Positions 5,449 to 6,997 of a stretch of 6,997 bases of DNA are shown piece by piece. Source of the stretch: a virus (taxonomy: Duplodnaviria; Heunggongvirae; Uroviricota; Caudoviricetes); the IMG/VR virus record IMGVR_UViG_2547132274_000005, positions 1-6,997 of that record. One strand, given 5' to 3'. How positions within the stretch are numbered: position 1 is the stretch's first letter; each line of letters starts with the position of its first letter. The notes beneath the pieces are model-generated. The model had not been told where the DNA came from, made no database searches, and saw only the letters and a program-made list of their open reading frames with translations. Both the position numbers and the translations under genes were made by a program.

Positions 5449-5976
5449 TCATGATAAATCGCTCTCGTGATCTCTGCGTCTTTCCAGTTTTGAGCTTCTA
5501 CCCATATAAACCCGTTTTCCGTTAACGGTCTGGCAGTCTTCTTTGTCGGCTGGAGAGAACTTTCTTTTCTGGCGGTCATACGTCCAGTAGCTTTTCCAGT
5601 TGTGCCATTCTGGTGGCTCAAGCTCTGGTAACTCGTCAGCAAGTGCGTCCCATTCTTTGGTGTTAAACCACCATACGCCGTCTGAATCTTCATCTTCCGG
5701 GTTTGTGCGCGTTTTGTGTCCCGGCATTTGACCGCGATTAAGGGCCATGCGCAGTGCGGCTTTTGTTAGCCCAATATATGCCGCGCCTCTTTCCAGAGAG
5801 CAAAGCCCGGCGATCGGACCATCCAGCCGTAAATTTGCTCCTTTTTTGTAAGAGCGCTTTTTCTTGTTTTCTTCGTGTTCGTCGTTGTTGGCGGCATCAA
5901 TGGATCCGCTGAGTGTGTCACTTTCCTGAAGTGGTTGGTGGTCAGATAACTCTTTATCGGCAATGAAGTCCCGCAT
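5449..5976 (-). CDS. Cox/excisionase-like DNA-binding protein, 175 aa, with N- and C-terminal extensions relative to a typical ~90-aa Cox
   Basis: ATG at 5976 is preceded by AAGAGGA at about 6 nt. The central segment LERGAAYIGLTKAALRMALNRGQMPGH...GVWWFNTKEW resembles the HTH and following aromatic motif of P2 Cox as I remember it. The gene is divergent from the C-like repressor, as in the P2 switch. The N-terminal ~55 aa are acidic and low-complexity. Confidence 0.5.
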   Translation of the reverse strand: MRDFIADKELSDHQPLQESDTLSGSIDAANNDEHEENKKKRSYKKGANLRLDGPIAGLCSLERGAAYIGLTKAALRMALNRGQMPGHKTRTNPEDEDSDGVWWFNTKEWDALADELPELEPPEWHNWKSYWTYDRQKRKFSPADKEDCQTVNGKRVYMGRSSKLERRRDHESDLS

Positions 5977-6079
5977 TTGTTATCCTCTTGTGTTGGTGCG
6001 CTTGTCGCGCCTTGTGATGGTTTGTTTTGGTTTGTTTACTTCACCTTGTGGTGAAGAATGAAGAGAGGATACTCATCGT
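5977..6079. promoter_or_regulatory. Divergent lysis/lysogeny switch region between the Cox-like and C-like genes, with direct repeats and one inverted repeat
   Basis: CTTGTG(N)TGG direct repeats at 5987, 6011 and 6045. Tandem GGTTTGTTT(T/A) at 6019-6038. Inverted repeat CTTCACC-ttgt-GGTGAAG at 6039-6056. Candidate rightward sigma70 promoter TTGTGA (6012-6017), 17-nt spacer, TTTACT (6035-6040). Confidence 0.45.
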
Positions 6080-6421
6080 ATGGTGAACATGTCAAGAGAT
6101 TATGCCAAAAAACTAAAGGCGATCAGAAATGCGGAAAAACTTACCCAATCTCAGTTTTCGCAAGTAACGGGGGTTTCTGTAGGGACTATAGGAAATTATG
6201 AGTCTGGATATAAACCTGCGCGAATTGAGGTTGTAGAAAAAGTAATCCAAGTCGAGCGATTCGAAAAATACACTATGTGGATACTTCACGACAAAACATT
6301 TCCCGCTGCCGGGCAGGTTGCTCCGGCTCTCTCTCTTGATGGCTCCATTCAGTCGGAGGACGATCAGGCTTCAATCGGCATTACCCAAAAATCACCCCGA
6401 TCAGGCCGCAATGTTGGCTGA
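6080..6421 (+). CDS. P2 C-type immunity repressor-like HTH (XRE family) protein, 113 aa
   Basis: HTH signature LTQSQFSQVTGVSVGTIGNYESG. Remembered similarity to P2 C (YESG, F.KYT.W, GQ.APAL). SD GAGAGGA lies upstream of the ATG at 6080. Positioned immediately upstream of int in the same orientation, as in P2. Confidence 0.75.
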   Translation: MVNMSRDYAKKLKAIRNAEKLTQSQFSQVTGVSVGTIGNYESGYKPARIEVVEKVIQVERFEKYTMWILHDKTFPAAGQVAPALSLDGSIQSEDDQASIGITQKSPRSGRNVG

Positions 6422-6490
6422 CTTTACACATTGAGCGAATTACATCTCGCAAGGAGTGTTTAGTTAATTTATCCGTTGGAGGGGCTAATC

Positions 6491-6997
6491 ATGTCGATTA
6501 AGCAACTCAAAGACGGACGTTATCGGGTTGATGTCAGACCTCAGGGGGCGGAAGGAAAGCGGATTCGGAAAACCTTTACCCTGAAATCAAAGGCTCAGGA
6601 GTTTGAGAAGTATGTGTTACAGAACTTCCATGACAAGCCATGGCAGGCTAAGCCAGCTGATCAGCGGCGATTATCAGAGCTGCTTGATGCGTGGTGGATG
6701 CTTGACGGGCGTAATCAGGCTTACGGGGATAGCTACAGGGTCAGGCTAGGGAAGGTTATTCGTGAAATGGGAGATCCTCGCGCCAGTCAGATGACGCGAA
6801 AATTTATGCTTGAATATCGGTCAGAGAAATTACAGGCCGGATTAATGCCGTCCAGTATTAATCGTGATTTATGCGTTCTGTCTACCATGTTCACGGTGCT
6901 GATTGAAGCTGAGGTCTTTCACAACGCGAACCCTGTACGCGGTATACGTAAACTGAAAGTTCAGAACACAGAGATGGCCTTTCTTTCTGATGATGAG
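6491..6997 (+). CDS. int: Tyrosine recombinase/integrase, P2 Int family, N-terminal 169 aa; CDS continues beyond window end
   Basis: ATG at 6491 is preceded by GGAGG at 8 nt. The frame is open to the window end. The N-terminus MSIKQLKDGRYRVDVRPQG...GKRIRKTF...PSSINRDL...MFTVLIEAE closely parallels P2 integrase as remembered. It is absent from the ORF track because no stop lies in the window. Confidence 0.9.
   Translation, partial: MSIKQLKDGRYRVDVRPQGAEGKRIRKTFTLKSKAQEFEKYVLQNFHDKPWQAKPADQRRLSELLDAWWMLDGRNQAYGDSYRVRLGKVIREMGDPRASQMTRKFMLEYRSEKLQAGLMPSSINRDLCVLSTMFTVLIEAEVFHNANPVRGIRKLKVQNTEMAFLSDDE

Noticed and set aside
5364-5693. 109-aa minus-strand ORF overlapping the Cox-like gene (also 5766..5963 minus, 5273..5470 plus, 5304..5525 plus)
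   Set aside because: These are alternative frames inside or across the better-supported Cox-like and 163-aa genes, with no independent start signals.
1-6997. CRISPR array, insertion sequence/transposase, retron (msr/msd plus reverse transcriptase), P2/P4 cos site
   Set aside because: There are no spaced direct repeats of CRISPR type and no terminal inverted repeats flanking a transposase-sized ORF. No ORF is large enough to be a reverse transcriptase, despite the structured RNA-like region. The P2/P4 cos sequence, as I remember it, is not present.

Overview
This window looks like the integrase-proximal immunity and early region of a P2-family temperate element (prophage or satellite). A partial P2-type tyrosine integrase (6491 to window end, +) is preceded by a P2 C-like HTH repressor (6080..6421, +). 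Divergent from these, a roughly 5 kb leftward operon starts with a Cox/excisionase-like gene (5976 to 5449) and runs through at least ten mostly small genes, four of them joined by ATGA stop/start overlaps. It ends with a 2-TM peptide plus SPFH/band-7 inner-membrane lipoprotein pair and a 48-aa gene, followed by an intrinsic terminator near 779-798. One AT-rich 78-aa gene sits in the opposite orientation (4646..4882). Between about 600 and 940 is a roughly 340 bp noncoding, strongly structured region with three copies of a palindrome-cored motif GGTTGCAA(C/T)(C), two shown as 9-nt hairpin loops. Left of it are a 76-aa basic protein gene and the 5' part of another gene that runs off the window start. 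The most likely candidate for a new system is the SPFH lipoprotein pair, with the motif array as the second lead. I see no rRNA, tRNA, CRISPR array or transposase. The integrase, C and Cox calls rest on remembered similarity to phage P2 proteins, not on a search; most small proteins have no function I can recognise.
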